Source of the DNA: Takakia lepidozioides
Taxonomy: Eukaryota > Plantae > Bryophyta
Direction of reading: 5' to 3'
Assembly: GCA_030704615.1 (NCBI GenBank)
Contig: CM060732.1
Coordinates: 62,494 to 126,000, forward strand
Length of the DNA stretch: 63,507 bases
The notes below the pieces were generated by a model. That model saw only the letters and a list, made by a program, of their open reading frames with translations. It was not told the origin of the DNA and did no database searches. The translations under genes were made by a program, and so were the position numbers. The stretch's first letter is position 1; each line of letters starts with the position of its first letter. Below, one piece after another: positions 50,275 to 63,507 of the stretch.

Positions 50275-50815
50275 GCAGTTCCCCTTGTACACATTAATGG
50301 TGTTCGACCAATGGTTGAACGGAATTCCGGTCGCATACAACCGAACATCAAACCTCATCCCGTGGATGTCATCATTGCGTGATTCCCTCCTAGCAAAAAA
50401 GCCCAGCTGGCGCCCGAATGCCTTCATTGTGGACGATGTTGAAGCAGAAATCAATGCAATCCGGTATGCCAATGATTTTATTGTGCTCTCTAGTATCCTG
50501 TGTGGTCTGCTCCATGGTCTGCAGTATGGTCTGCTATATGGTATGCTTGGTGCTCTGCCCGGTGGTCAATGCCATTCTGACTATGTGGTCCGTGCAGGTC
50601 TGTTTTCGCAGGAATAAGCATTTTCCTCTGCCTTTGGCATATGCGCTTGGGTCAAGCAATCATGCCAGAAAATCAGTGATCCAGGATCAGCCTCGAAACT
50701 GTTGGCAGATATGGGAGACCTTATGTACTGCAGAGGTGGACCTCATAAAGAAGACGAGGCTGTCAAATGGGTAAAGAAAAAATTGAGGGCAATGAAAAAG
50801 AAATATCCTACAGGT
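50275..50815 (+). pseudogene. MULE (MuDR-like) transposase core fragment
   Basis: FPLYTLMVFDQWLNGIPVAY, FIVDDVEAEINAIR|intron|..IFLCLWH (CxxH motif); N- and C-terminal parts are absent. Confidence 0.82.
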
Positions 50816-51256
50816 CATTTGTTTCTCACATTCATGTGTACTGGGTTCCCAAGTGTAAACCACCGTGGTATGGAAACCAAGGCAGGCAAACACGGAAGGC
50901 AGTAGACCAATGAACACCAACACAGTAGACCACGGAAGGGAGTACACCATTAAACACCAAGACAGTAGACCATGCAAACGAGTAGACCAACAACCCAATT
51001 GGCACTACACCAAGACAGTACACGCAAAATGGAGTAGACCAACGACAAGACAGTAGACCAATGAAGCGCGACAACGATAGACCAACCCTAACATCAACAA
51101 ACCTACAGACGGACACACCTACAGACGTTCCGTAAGCATACCAACACGGCGGCAGACCAATGAAATGTTGAACCGACCATTTCAAGATCCGACCACTCTT
51201 GTACACCATACAAAACTACATAGCAGTCCATTGGAGCACCGAAAATGGCAAGTTTT

Positions 51257-54200
51257 TCATTTATTGCCAGGCCTAGAAGAAACAACCCGAACATCAGAAG
51301 AGTCTGACATGTCCGACAACCTTCTAGATGACAACTGCCTCTCTACAACTACATTCTCCATAGTAGTAAGTGCTTTCAAAATGTACTCCATACACTTTAC
51401 ACGCTGCCTACAAGCATATCGGAATGTACACCACTTAGAAGTAGAAGGCTTTTTTCTCTCCGCCCTATTAGCCTTGCCACAATCGTCCTTTAGCCAGTCA
51501 TAGAATTCCTCGATAAATGACATGACGTAAAAGCCACATTCCCACGAGAAGGGTTACTGCGGCACTTCTGCGACATTAAACAAGAATGCAGTGGCCTCGT
51601 TCCACTCCGGGGTCATGTGCTTCAAACCAAGGCATTCTCCATACAATCTTTTTATCTAGGGCAGTATCTCCAAAGTGGTGTGCAACTCCTTGATGGAGTT
51701 GAGATGAATGAACACACATTTGACCCGGTCAATAATCACCAGACTCCAATGAGATCTGCCACATCGCACGAACAGACGTATCAGCATAGGGGACAAAAAC
51801 ACCTCTTGACAGACCCACAGGTAGACCCATGGGCAGACACAAGGACAGACCCAGTCGTAGAGTCAGTGACAGACCCACCGGTAGACCACGGTTTGACAGG
51901 GCAGACCGTGCAGACCCAAGACAAGAACTTGGCAGACCCATATAGGGCAAAGGGACACTTACCCATCAACTATTGGTACCAGTATGTACTTGCAGGTCTT
52001 CAAGTCCTTCCCAATTCGTTGCACCGTCAATCCGTGCTCCACCTACGAGCGAACCCGTTCCTGGCCTGCATCCCAATGCATCTTCACTATACTCCAAACC
52101 CACGTCGGCAAAATTGCAACAATACTATATGTCGCGACATCCACATCTTTCTCATAGAACCTACACCACAACTCAAGCAATCGGTCTGTAGCCTCGGATT
52201 CCTGTTTCTCTAAGGCTTTCAGGTCGTCGGTGGCAATACTGCACTTTCCAAAAAAATACAGCATTGCCTTTCCACTCGCAATATGTGCTGCGAAAGTGGA
52301 GCCAACTCGGGCAATGAACCTGCAGAAACTCGGAAAAACCCTTTTAGAAAAAAGACACATCAGCGGACCCTCCACACTGCAGACCCATTCCCGCAGACCT
52401 ATGGAGACCAGGGTGCCAGTCGAGAAGTGCTAGAGCGCGGTATGAGGGGAAGGAGCAGACCCATAGGAGCAGACCCATATTTTATTGCAACATCCTGCAG
52501 ACCCATGATCCTGGTCTGCTCATGGGTGGCAGACCAACGACAAGATGGAGAGACTTATTGGTGTTTATTACGGAGCTCCGCAACTTCGCTCTCCACTTCG
52601 AAACAGATCTTGCGGTCAGCACTCATGAACACTCCGGTCTTGGCTTTTTTAGCAACGCCTTTTTTGGGGGGAATTGGTTTTGTCACCGGGTCTGGTATGC
52701 GCTTCTTCGCAGCTGCTGACACCATTGCTCTGTCTGGTTCAGCACGTTTGTCCAACTTTCTTTCCAATGCAACGACTGTCTCCTTCATACCTTCCCGAAG
52801 TTGGTTAGTTCGGCTTCGCAACAACACCTTGTCTGGGGGTTTATTAATACTTTGTGGACCCGTTCTAGACGCTTCATGCAAACCATGGGTGGAACTGGCC
52901 CCAACAGTCAGCGTAATCACCACAGGACCGCCCTTTGTGGTAGACCCCATGTTAACGACCTGCGACCGACCATGAGCTGAGACCTCAGACGCCACAACCT
53001 TCACACGATTGACAGACCACAACATCAGCAATGCCGAAAGTACAAAAGACAATGTAACAGACTGCCAAAATGCAATGGAGTCGGACCTTTGGGGGCGCTA
53101 TGGGTGTCTATGATTCCGGCACTTGTGTGGCAGGCACTTCTTCGAATGGAGTGACTGGACCCAGCGAATCAGAAGTGGCAGAAACCTCTGTGTGGTCTGC
53201 CGCAAGGTCTGTGCAGGCCTGCGTAAGGTCTGCCGACCGTGATACAAGGTTTGTTGTGGGGTCTACCTTCTCCGTGGCAGAGTCAAACATAACAAGCACC
53301 CTATCAACGGACTAGTCTAAGGACATTAGGGGTCTACATCTGACTCAGGGTCCACAGACCTTATAGGCATAACGTCTATAGATGCATTTGGTTCATACAG
53401 GGACTCTGACAGAGCAGGAAGGTCACTATACTGCAGGTCAAAGTCCACTGTAAGATGTATCTGTGCCTGGTACATTGGCCGAGAGCACCACGATGGAAGT
53501 GCATCGGGACGCAGGTATGGACGCCTCACATTCCAACACGAGCAGACCCTACCAGTGCATGTCATCAGGGCAGGTGACATTCAGCATGCGACGCCGATTC
53601 CCCCCTGACACATACAAATTGCCAAAAATGAGAGGGGAAATTCCTTTCCCCCCCACTGCTACATCTGCTGAGAAGCAGAGAATGGTAGTGGACCTCATCC
53701 TTGCCACAAGACCTTCAGATATAGCACATCCTGAATCCACACAGCAGACCAATGTTGGAAGCTTGTCACAGCCTTATATAGCATATCACAGCCTATCACA
53801 ATCTATCACAGCCCGACACAGCCCGACACAGCCTCACACACGGTCTACTCTGGACGGTTTTCCTCCTCCAAGGTCTCCTCGGGGAAGGTCTGCTCCGGAT
53901 CGAGGTCTGCTGGTCTGCTGTGATAGGGTCTGGCAATGTCTCGCCTGGAAAGGTCTGTTGTGGGTCGGTCTGTTGTCGCATGGTCCAGGACCTGACATGG
54001 TCTCATCCGGCAGGGTCTGCGCCTGATCTGCGAAGGTCTGCTCCGGAAAGGTCTCCTGGAAGATCTGGTCTTGCCCACTAATATCGGCAGACCGCCGTAT
54101 CTCGCTCTGTGCTGGTAAGGTCTGCTCCTGCAATGTCTCCTTTGCGAACGTCTGCTTTTGAAAGGACTGTTGGGGCAAGGTTTGCGGCACCAAGCTTATG

Positions 54201-57200
54201 CCACCCAAAGTAGTCTGTCGGAGTCTGCCCAACGATTGCAGGAAAATGGCTTCGGACGTGGGATCTCCTATCATGTCTGGCACGCGGGGAGTACTGAGAA
54301 TCTAGTCGGGGGTCTGTTGCTCCTTGTTCTCCACTGACAGGGTCTGCTGGTTCGCATCGCGATACTTCACATTTTCCTGTGACGGGTCTGCTCAGTCCAC
54401 GGTCTGCTCGCTAACCTCCTGCTGGGTCTCCATGATGTTTGGTTTGTGTGATGGGTCTGCTGTTGCATGCACTCCAATGAGCCTGCATTTAACAGGTGAG
54501 TCGATACCAGCATGGCCACGGAGGGCCCTTAGAAGCTGCCTCGTGCCATTAGCATATTGGTCAAGGGCCTTGCCAACAACCTCGTCCTCGGGGTCATACT
54601 CTGTAGCAAAGACACCAACATTGTCAGCCACATACCACTCATCCACATAGAGGTCTGCTGATTCAACAAGGTCTATTGGTCTGCTGCTTCAAAGAAGGTC
54701 TGCCGGCGGTTCCTACAAGGTCTGTTGGTCTGCTACTTCAAACAAGGTCTGCAAGTCTTTTGGTCTGCAAGTCTGACAGAAGGTTAGTTGGTCTGACATA
54801 CCATGATCGAAGACTCTCGTCCATAGGCCAATATCTTTCATGAGGCGATCCATGAAAGCCTCATCAAGCTCTCCCAATGCTGCGGGGCGGTCCTCTGCTG
54901 GCAACCCGCTCCACAGAACTTGGAAAACATGTGCTTTGTTGAAAACTATGTCGAGGACTGCTCACTCCTGCACACTCACAAACCACAACATGGCGTCCTG
55001 CGTAACACTTAACCGACAATCTTGGCTTCCGCCCAGCAGGTCCATATGCAAATTTTGAAGGTCCTTCTTCAAATTTGTATAAGACCTGAAATTGCCAGAC
55101 TACATCCACTGGCGGCGGAGAAAAGACATCGCCATGTCCTGGTAAGCACTCTCTGTCAAGCTGGCAAAGTATTTGGGACGAACACCAAATATTGGGTGGG
55201 CGATGGACATGTGCCTTATCTCCACTGGGCGAGGGTCTTTCATGAGGAAAAGTTGCGCGAGAAGCGGTGGGTCGGTCTCCTCTCCCAGAATCGCCACTCC
55301 GTAGTCTCGTGCTTTCTCCAAAAGACGATTACCTTCCTATGCGGTGAAGCTCATTGTACCAGTCCAGATGCCGATTGCTTTCCCCACAACGGAACTTAGG
55401 AAAGGTAGGGTCATTGTCATCTGACGCAGACCGCTGTGGAGGTCGCCAGGGGGCCCCAAATGGGAAATCAGTGCCGGTCTGCCAAAGCATTACGAAGGTC
55501 TGATGGATGACGGGTCACAGAAGAAAGATCCATTGAACCGGGTCTACTAGACAGACCCACAGTATGCGATGCAGGGTGGACCTGTTGGAGTGACAGAGGT
55601 GGAGGGAGGTCTGCTGCCGGGCCGCTTGCACTAATTGCTGTAATAGCATCGGCGGACTGTGGATACAGACTGAGGATGTACTCCCGAATATCCCTAACCT
55701 CCTTCTGGTCCTTCCGGACAAGTGCATTTTCCAAGGGAGGACCGTTGGACTTATGCGCGCTTCCAGATTTGCAAAGCCTTGTGAATGCGGTTGTCCTGAG
55801 CGTTTGCCTCCTGAAACTAAACAAAATATTTTTAGCCCATGGAAAAAAAGAATGCAGACCCCTGTATAGACAGTACACCCATAACCATATCGAGCAGAAC
55901 AGAACTTAGACCTGGTGGCAGACCGGAACTTAGACTTAGGTGGCAGACCTGTAGACCATATCTGGCAGACAAGAACTTGTATGGGTGACCAGTAGAACAC
56001 AACAACAGACCACAACCATAGACCATGTTGGGCAGACCAATAGACCATATCTGGCAGACCGTTTCTTATATGGGAGGCCAGCAGACCACAACAGTAGACC
56101 CAGTACAGTAGACCAAGCACAGTATACAGCTTAAGAAAACACCGGGAAGACCCTACAAAGAGCCTGTAAAGTACCAGCAGGCCGTTGTAGTCTTCATCCC
56201 GTGGGCGTGATCGTGCCTCCACCCACTTCCTCTCTACTGTGTAAATGGTTCTTTGTATTTGCCCCGATCTGACATAACCATACAAAAACGGGAAGAACTG
56301 CGGATCTGATTCTTGTGGGCACTCGGAAGGAGGCACAGTGTGCCAGGGCGGACAGGAACGTCATCGAGCGTCTGCTGGTCTAGGGTCTGCTGGTTTAGGG
56401 TTTGCTTCTTGGGTCTGATTGAGGGTCTTCTGATTGGGTCTGCTTGAGGGTCTATTTCCTCCATGGGAGTATCCGAGTCAAGGTTTATGTCATGTACCGG
56501 CGGGGCATACCCAATGGGATCTGAGACCAAATACGGTCTCACGATTAGCTGCGGCAGCTCCGTCGTCATGTCCTGCACATCTCCCTCTTCATGGGACTCT
56601 TCGTCACTAGAGTCATCCTCACTGGATGACAGACTTTCAACAACAGGGTCTGGTCTGCTGGCCTTGGTCCATTGGGATGGTCCTGCTTGCACTTCTTTGC
56701 TTGTCACTCTCTCATCCCGTGGTTTGCCGGAGGCACTGGCAGACCTGTGGCTTTTGCACTCTACATTCTTTTTGTGCCATCACTGAGCTTCCTTTTCTTC
56801 ACTGGCACATCGCGGCCGGGGCCCAGCAGACCTGCTTGAGTGTGAAAACGCTGTCGCATTTCATCGACAGACCGAGCGACGGCAGATGCACCCCTCAACT
56901 TTATGACGATTTCTTTGCCAGCCTTTGAAGAACTTGGCTTGGGCCACGGCTTGAAGTTGTCGGGGATGACACCTTTGCATCCTCCATCAAGGACATGCCG
57001 GTTAAGAGTCTCTTTGTCCTTCACGATATCACGGCAAAAGGGGCACTGAAAACGATCCTTCGGCCCATTTCTCTTTCTCCTTGTCTACGCGCAAGTCCAT
57101 AAATGCTTCTACTATTTTAGCGTCGTAGTCATTTGGCTCATACCAGTACCTTCTCTTTGGCTTGTAGCGGGGGGCATGCACATATTGCACCCAATCCGGT

Positions 57201-57226
57201 CCAGCCTTTGGACACGCTTCTTCCAT
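51257..57226 (-). pseudogene. Multi-exon MULE accessory gene ending in a Peptidase C48 (ULP1-like) domain
   Basis: KYILVPIVDG|SHWSLVIID...IHLNS (catalytic His near 51750) and EVPQ*PFSWECGFYVMSFIEEF (catalytic Cys; second Gln now a stop). Long low-complexity N-terminal exons whose exact structure is unresolved. Confidence 0.75.
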
Positions 57227-58888
57227 GGCTGCAACATCAGCAGGAAGAATGTCAGGGACCGTCTGCTCAAAGCAATTATAGAAGCGGGAGTGAGAATGGG
57301 TTGAAGGTGAAGAAGGAAGGTGAAGTTGATACCTTCTGATCGGTCTCTGGCAACGACGGCAACGCGACCTTTCACGAAAGGGCGGGACCTTTGCTTCTCA
57401 ATCGGCAAGCCTGTACACAGGAATTGTCGCGCTACTATGGAAGAGGCACCAACCGCGACCCTAAACACACAACATGCAGAAGGAAAGTGGAAAGACGCGC
57501 AAGACGGAAGAGGAGGAAGAGGCGAGTGACCCAGCGTAACGGCTCGCTGCACAAAGAGGTGGGCGCACACGTGCGGAAAGCGCCACGTACGCCATACACG
57601 CGACCGCGGTCCATTGGATGGGCGCCGGAAACATATAATGACCGCGCGGCGCAATAATGGCCGGGCCCGTCAGGGTCTGCCATCCTGGTCTGCCCTAAGT
57701 CTCCGCCACATTGGTCTGCCAAACGGGTCTGCAGCAAGGGTCTGCCACATGGGTCTGCCACAATGGTATTGCCGCACCGGTATGACACACAGCTCTGCCA
57801 CACCGGTCTGCCACTATGGTCTGTCACTATGGTCTGCCGCAATGGCGGCCTGCCACACTGGTCTGCCAATGATTGACTGTATTGACTCCCAATGAGCAGA
57901 CCCATAATTTACTACAAAACCGTTTCCAGGCTGGTCTGTTGTGCCGGCTATATGGTCTGGTCTGGTATGGTCTGCTCTTGTGTTCTCCTGGTCTGCCCAT
58001 CTCGTGTGCCCTCTGTCTGCATTCTCCGCCAAACATTCGCACTGGCCCGGTCCTGCGGTTGGGCCCACCTGCAAACAACATTCAAGAGACGCAACCCGGG
58101 AGCCAATCTGAATTTTATACAGCCAACCATGCACATATGCTTCCGCCATTTTTGCAATGCTATTCTACACATGGCATATGGAGGACAAGCCTCAAAGAAG
58201 ACAATGCGAAGCCGGAAAGGCCGATTCACAATTGTTGTATTGCATGTTATTAGATCAGAGCTACATACTTCCATTGAAGTCTGCACTGTAAACTCAATGT
58301 AAACACCGACGTCTTCCGCGCCCTCATATACAGTCCCATCAAAAGGCGAACAACAACGCAAAAATAGTAGAAGCATATGAACAAAAGAGGCTGTGGCTTC
58401 AAACGATGGATTCCGACGTTGGCACGGGAGTCCACGGCTCCTTCACGCTCAATCTTCCAGACGTCAAACAACCAACAACATACACCAAACGGGGATTGCT
58501 AAACCGTGAGCAGAATCCGTGAGCAGAAAATTTCGTGAGCAGAATTCTACTCACGCTTTTGGATGTGCTCACCTATAACCGCGGACACCTATTCGGCTTA
58601 GAGGACCTATTACTGCGGGTAGTTCCAGTATAACATGCATACAATTCATCGTTATGGATGAATGATGGATGAATGGGCGATTGAATGTATGTTGGACGAA
58701 TGGCACATGGATGAATGTAGTTTGTGATTGAATGCAGAATTAAAAAGCATTTTTGAGTAGTGGTTGCCAAATCCCCCGAGCTCCAAAGTGAACCTCTGTC
58801 AACTGCAGCCGATTCATTCCGACGAAGAATATCCACTGCTACTAGAGTCGGAGTCCAAAACAAAGGAGAGGATTTTGTGCAGAGCTTT

Positions 58889-59720
58889 GTTGTCATGTCC
58901 TTCTTCCATGTGATCAAAAATCCATGCTGGGTAAACGCCAGATCTTTTGCTTGCAAAGCAGGGGTTGGGTTCATTTGCAAGTTTTTCAATTTTTATTTTT
59001 ATTTTATTTTTCCCCGAATGTGCCAGATTAAGGTGTCGTCAACGACACCTTAATCTACCTTAATCTGGCTAGTCTTTTGGTGTGTTATTTGGGGTGAATG
59101 GCATCTACAAATTGCTCGGACTACATAATTTAATGATTCGTTGTCATGTCATTCTTCCATGTGACCAGAAATCCATGCTGGGTAAACGCTAGGTCTTTTA
59201 CTTGCAAAGCAGGGGTTGGCTTCATTTGCAAGTTTTCCAATTTTTATTTTTATTTTTATTTTTTCCCGAATGTGCCAGATTAAGGTGTCGTCAACGTCAC
59301 CTTAATCTGGCTGGTCTTCTGGTGTGTTATTTGGGGTGAATGGCATCTACAAATTGTCGGACCACATAACTTATGATTCATTGTCATGTCCTTCTTCTAT
59401 GTGACCAGAAATACATGTTGGGTTAACGGTCATTTGCTTGCAAAGCAGGGGTTAGGTTCATTTGCAAGTTTTCCAATATATATATTATTTTGTTTTATTT
59501 TATTTTTCCCCCGAATGTGCTTGATTAAGGTGTCGTCAACGACACCTTAATCTGGCTGGTCTTTTGGTGTGCTATTTGGGATGAATAGCATCTACAAATT
59601 ACTCGGCTTATGATTCGTTGTCATGTCCTTCTTCTAGGTGACCAAAAATCCATGCTGGGTAAATGCCAGGTCTTTTGTTGCAAAGCAAGGGGTCGGTTCA
59701 TTAGCAAGTTTTCAAAAAAT
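58889..59720. repeat. About 3.5 tandem units of 240-250 bp, each full unit containing the palindrome GATTAAGGTGTCGTCAACGACACCTTAATC
   Basis: Unit starts TTGTCATGTC.TTCTT near 58889, 59141, 59381 and 59618. Confidence 0.9.
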
Positions 59721-61150
59721 AAAAATAAAATAAAAATAATTTTATTTTATTATTTTATTATTTTATTAGTCTGCTGGAGAGGTGCCAATCCGCTCGTCGG
59801 TCTGGAGGGTCTGCTAGAAGGTTGGAGTCGGTCTGTTGGAGGGTCTGCCCAGTCCGCTAGAAGGTCCGCCACGGTAGATTAACAAGGACTTAGAAAAATT
59901 TCAGAATCTCGCCGACCTGGTGAATGGGCGGTGGGCTTATGAGCTCACCCCAAGGGTCGTACTGGCGGGGCCCGCCCGTGCATTCATGACCCTATTATTA
60001 AACAATGAGAGGCTATAGAATCTCTCTTTAGATCTTAGATATCATAATGCAATATGACCATTTTGTGCTTCCTACTACTTTAAGTTCATCGTTGATATAT
60101 AAGTTCATCGCTAGTTTATTGGTTTTTATGTTCTGATTATTACTTGTACTTTCAGTTCTCTATCAATGAAATATTGAGAATCAGCCAAAAATTATTGACT
60201 TGATGAATATGGATTGAAAATATAGTAACACAAATTAATACAACATCTTGTTAGTTTGGGTGGTATAGGGACCATAAATAAAAATTGCGTGTCAACAGAA
60301 TACCATGTTTGATCTATCACCGCAAGAATATCATTCGTCCAATACTTCTCTTGAGATATGGAAGGTCGCAATGACTCAAGAGATCCTATGCGCCACTAAG
60401 ATGAGACATGTATAATGGATATGAGCAGTTGTATAGAAGAGGAAGAAGTAGACTAGGATCTATACTCTATAGAATTAAAAACGGTGGAAGATAGAGAAGA
60501 GAAAAAATGAAGACAAACATGTAAGTTACACATCATGTACACCAATGTTGTTCTGAAGCAATAAAGTTGATTGCATAATCCCCCATCAATTGATGCACTA
60601 GCCATAGTAGTTTTGTTACAATAATACTTGTTGCAGGATTCATATTTACACATAAACTGGGCAATAACAAAAGATTATAATGAGAACCAACATTCAATGT
60701 ATGAGAACGGTTGAAAGGATAATAAGAAGTAAATTTGCAAGAGGAGAGGAGGTGACACTTGAACGAAAGGCATAATAGGAGTTTAGCGATCCTTAATTTT
60801 TGACATTGATTTCTAGTCTTCTCTTTTGAGTAAACAAAAGCCAATAAATAATATAACAAAATTGTTCTAATGCCTCTTGAAAACATATTAATTGAAGCCC
60901 AAATGTGTGTTTATTTCAGCTTGAGCAAAGTACATGAAAAAAGAGGAGAAAAAAACAAGTAATAAATAATCCCCATTCTCATATCCCATTGTGTCGAAAC
61001 ATTATATCGCCAAAATGTTGCTTACAACTATGAATCATATATCCATTGATAAATTTTGTGAATTCAAGAATTTGTACTTGGTCCGCACTACGACTTCAAC
61101 ATGATGAATTTTCTAGAATACCGGCCGATGAAAATATGCTAAGATCTAAT

Positions 61151-61240
61151 ATGATACCACTGTAAGAGTATCAACTTATAAGAGTTCGTTATCCCTCACC
61201 TCTATCAAACGTACATCCCAATTTAAACATGATATTTTTG
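61151..61240 (+). repeat. Dispersed repeat of about 85 bp; second copy at about 63420-63507
   Basis: ATGATACCACTGTAAGAGTATCAAC.TATAAGAGTT...TCTATCAAAC..ACATCCCAA. Confidence 0.75.
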
Positions 61241-61859
61241 TAAGAGTATGACACAAAATCCTTTTATATAGTAATCTGATTTAATATCATGATCCGTTCG
61301 TTGGCTTACATTGGACTTAAAAATGACTGTGGCACTGCTACAACTCTTTCCAAATTTGTAAGAAAATATTATAAAATTCCACAACCATTTTCTACTTGTG
61401 GATTGCGAATGTTCCCAAACGCTAGAATATTGGCCAAAGCGCTTTTCTACTTCTAGTTCATAATCTTGTATTTAAGACCCTAGGTCCCCATGACTAATCA
61501 TGTTTCCAATCATTCCCACTTCACATTCCCAACCCCCCCCCCCCCCCCCCCCCCTTCGTATTTATGTAGACTGCCGAGTGTATACGTTTCAGAAATTCAA
61601 TGCTTCAATACATCAAACAAGTCAAAGATACTCAACTAGCTTTAAAAAAAAAAAAAAAAACACTTGTTCATTTTGCGGTATTATATGTCAAAAATACTGA
61701 TAGTCTGGTGAAAATATATGGTTGAAAATATAATAACATCCATCAAATGTTCATATAATTAAACCGATTAGCACACATTCATTATCGTATGTATATATAT
61801 ATATGGCTTTGAAGCATCATACTTCAATGATTAACTATAATTTTAATGCAACATCACCA

Positions 61860-63100
61860 TGGCTGGTGGTAAGACACTCGTGTAGAAGAGAAGAGATAAT
61901 AAGAAGATTCCGGCCGAAGCTGGCGTAACTAAGAGCCACTTTGCCTTGCGGCTATTGCCCCTTAACATAGGTGGGCCCTATGTAAAAATCGAGGCCCAGG
62001 GGATACCTTGGGGCAGATTGGGAGAACGGTAGTAGTGGTGAAGGGTGCCGCTTGGCACTCATGGGCCCATGGGCCCCATGGGTACCAGTGGTGCCTAGAG
62101 GCGTATGAGGTGCCTAGGAAGCGGGAGGGAGACTGGATTCGAGTTTGTCGTTTGTTGGTGATGATTGCAATGAGGGATCGGAGCGCGGTTAGGTGTATGG
62201 CTTTGAAACATTTGTGAACAGATGTGATAGGGATTTGAAAATTATTTTGAAGGGTAGAGATGCTGGCATTATGGATGCCTCATCTGGTGCCAGCAGTTAT
62301 GACAGTGAGTGGGCCGGTGCCCCACCCTCGTCGGCGGATGCCAACGATTAATGGTGCGTATTTTTTACGTTTTTCTAGAATAGAGACGTTAGGGAAGCGG
62401 TCGTGGTAGTATATGAATTCTATAAATTGTATGGTGATGATGGTGTAGGAGGGTAGGATTTTAACGGGGAGGCCCTGGACTATGAGGATGTCCGGGCATA
62501 GTTTAGCGGGGCATGTGCAGGACCCGCAAGGTTGACAGACATGGAAGGAGCCAAGTACGTACTGTATGGTCTGGAGGCCGACCCTGGTAGGTGCCAACGT
62601 TGATGAGTGTAAACCATCTGGTTGCACTACATTGTAAGAGAAGTGTGTGGATGTGCCATACGGTGTGATTATGACGAGCGATTCGCAACCCGTGGATGAC
62701 AGGGTGTGGACATTCACTGAGAATACGAGGCCAGGTATCACGTTTAGCATGAAGGTGTGAGCAGAGTGGGCAGTGTGGGGATGGGAATAGGGTTGACCAG
62801 AAGGTGTGTTTGCGTTGATGGCCCATATATTGGGCGTATCTAAATTTGAGTGTTTGCCTTATTTTGTGCATTTAAGGTGGCTTTGGAGTTCCAGAAGTGG
62901 TTTGATAATTTATGGTGCAGGACATTGGAAAGGGTCCATTTTTTGATATGAAGCTTGGTATGGCTGAGAGAGGTTGAGGCTTGTTTTTTGGCTTCTTTAG
63001 TGAGGGTTTTAAGGAGGTTGCGGATTGGACGAGGTGATGGAGGGTCAGGTACCGGGTAGATCATCTAAAAATGGTGTGCATGGCCGACGTGAATGAGGTA
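61860..63100 (-). mobile_element. 5'-truncated non-LTR retrotransposon: CCHC knuckle, restriction-like endonuclease and 3' UTR
   Basis: CPLC...DTWPRILSEC, RIARHN, PDILIVQGL...IQFIEFIY, EKRKKYAPL..RRRGW; frameshifted; boundaries approximate. Confidence 0.8.
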
Positions 63101-63507
63101 GACCGGTGGTTCAACTGAGGGTTTGGAGGCCCCCAGCTCGGCTAAGAGGGGCACTCGTGTATCAGCATGTCGGTCTGTGGTTTAAACACTTGTCATCTGT
63201 CTCTCTTACCTTGGGGCTAATGCCTCCATGGCGAAGAAAGGGGTTTTTTTTTCCCCACCTCAAGGGCCAATTGCTTGGGCTGGTGTTTGTTTTGAATCTA
63301 AAAAGAAAAACAATAAGAAAAAAAAAAGATTGACCTACAGAATCATATTGAAGTTGGCACATATGTCAAAGTACTAAGTGATAAAAATGTGCCAATATGG
63401 CTATGTACCTACATCAAACATGATACCACTGTAAGAGTATCAACGTATAAGAGTTTGATATATTAAATATCTATCAAACAGACATCCCAACTTCGACATG
63501 ATACCTT

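Larger units (their letters stand above)
49753..60013. mobile_element. Mutator-like element (MULE), 10.3 kb, internally deleted and non-autonomous, carrying a ULP1-domain gene
   Basis: Imperfect TIRs: GCTTCTCATTTAACAATAATAGGATCATGAATGC vs reverse complement GCCTCTCATTGTTTAATAATAGGGTCATGAATGC. 9-bp TSD TATAGAATT (49744-49752) / TATAGAATC (60014-60022). MULE transposase fragment inside. Confidence 0.88.

Overview
Transposon-dense nuclear DNA from a land plant, probably a seed-free lineage; that assignment is inferred from the COBRA gene, the PLS-type PPR fragments and the TE types. There is one clearly intact host gene, a 6-exon, 450-aa COBRA gene (42148-45984, -). The rest is largely nested TEs. 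(1) A CACTA/EnSpm element ends at TAGTG 20609. Its transposase is split by a young full-length 13.3-kb non-chromovirus Ty3/Gypsy element (1343-14649, TSD GATGT) with extra 5' and 3' ORFs, and it carries a divergent pair of paralogous unknown genes. (2) Next to a 500-N gap is a retroelement-type aspartic protease fused in frame to a DNMT3-like C5 DNA methyltransferase with motifs I-X traceable. An inversion has cut it in two, so it does not show in the ORF track; this is the top finding. (3) An intron-containing OTS/ULP1 SUMO-protease pseudogene lies between palindromic repeat arrays. (4) A 53-bp-periodic palindrome array precedes a second, decayed CACTA transposase. (5) A 10.3-kb Mutator-like element (TIRs, 9-bp TSD) carries a ULP1-domain gene. 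(6) The 3' end of a restriction-like-endonuclease non-LTR retrotransposon closes the window. All calls come from manual translation and motif recognition; no database search was run.
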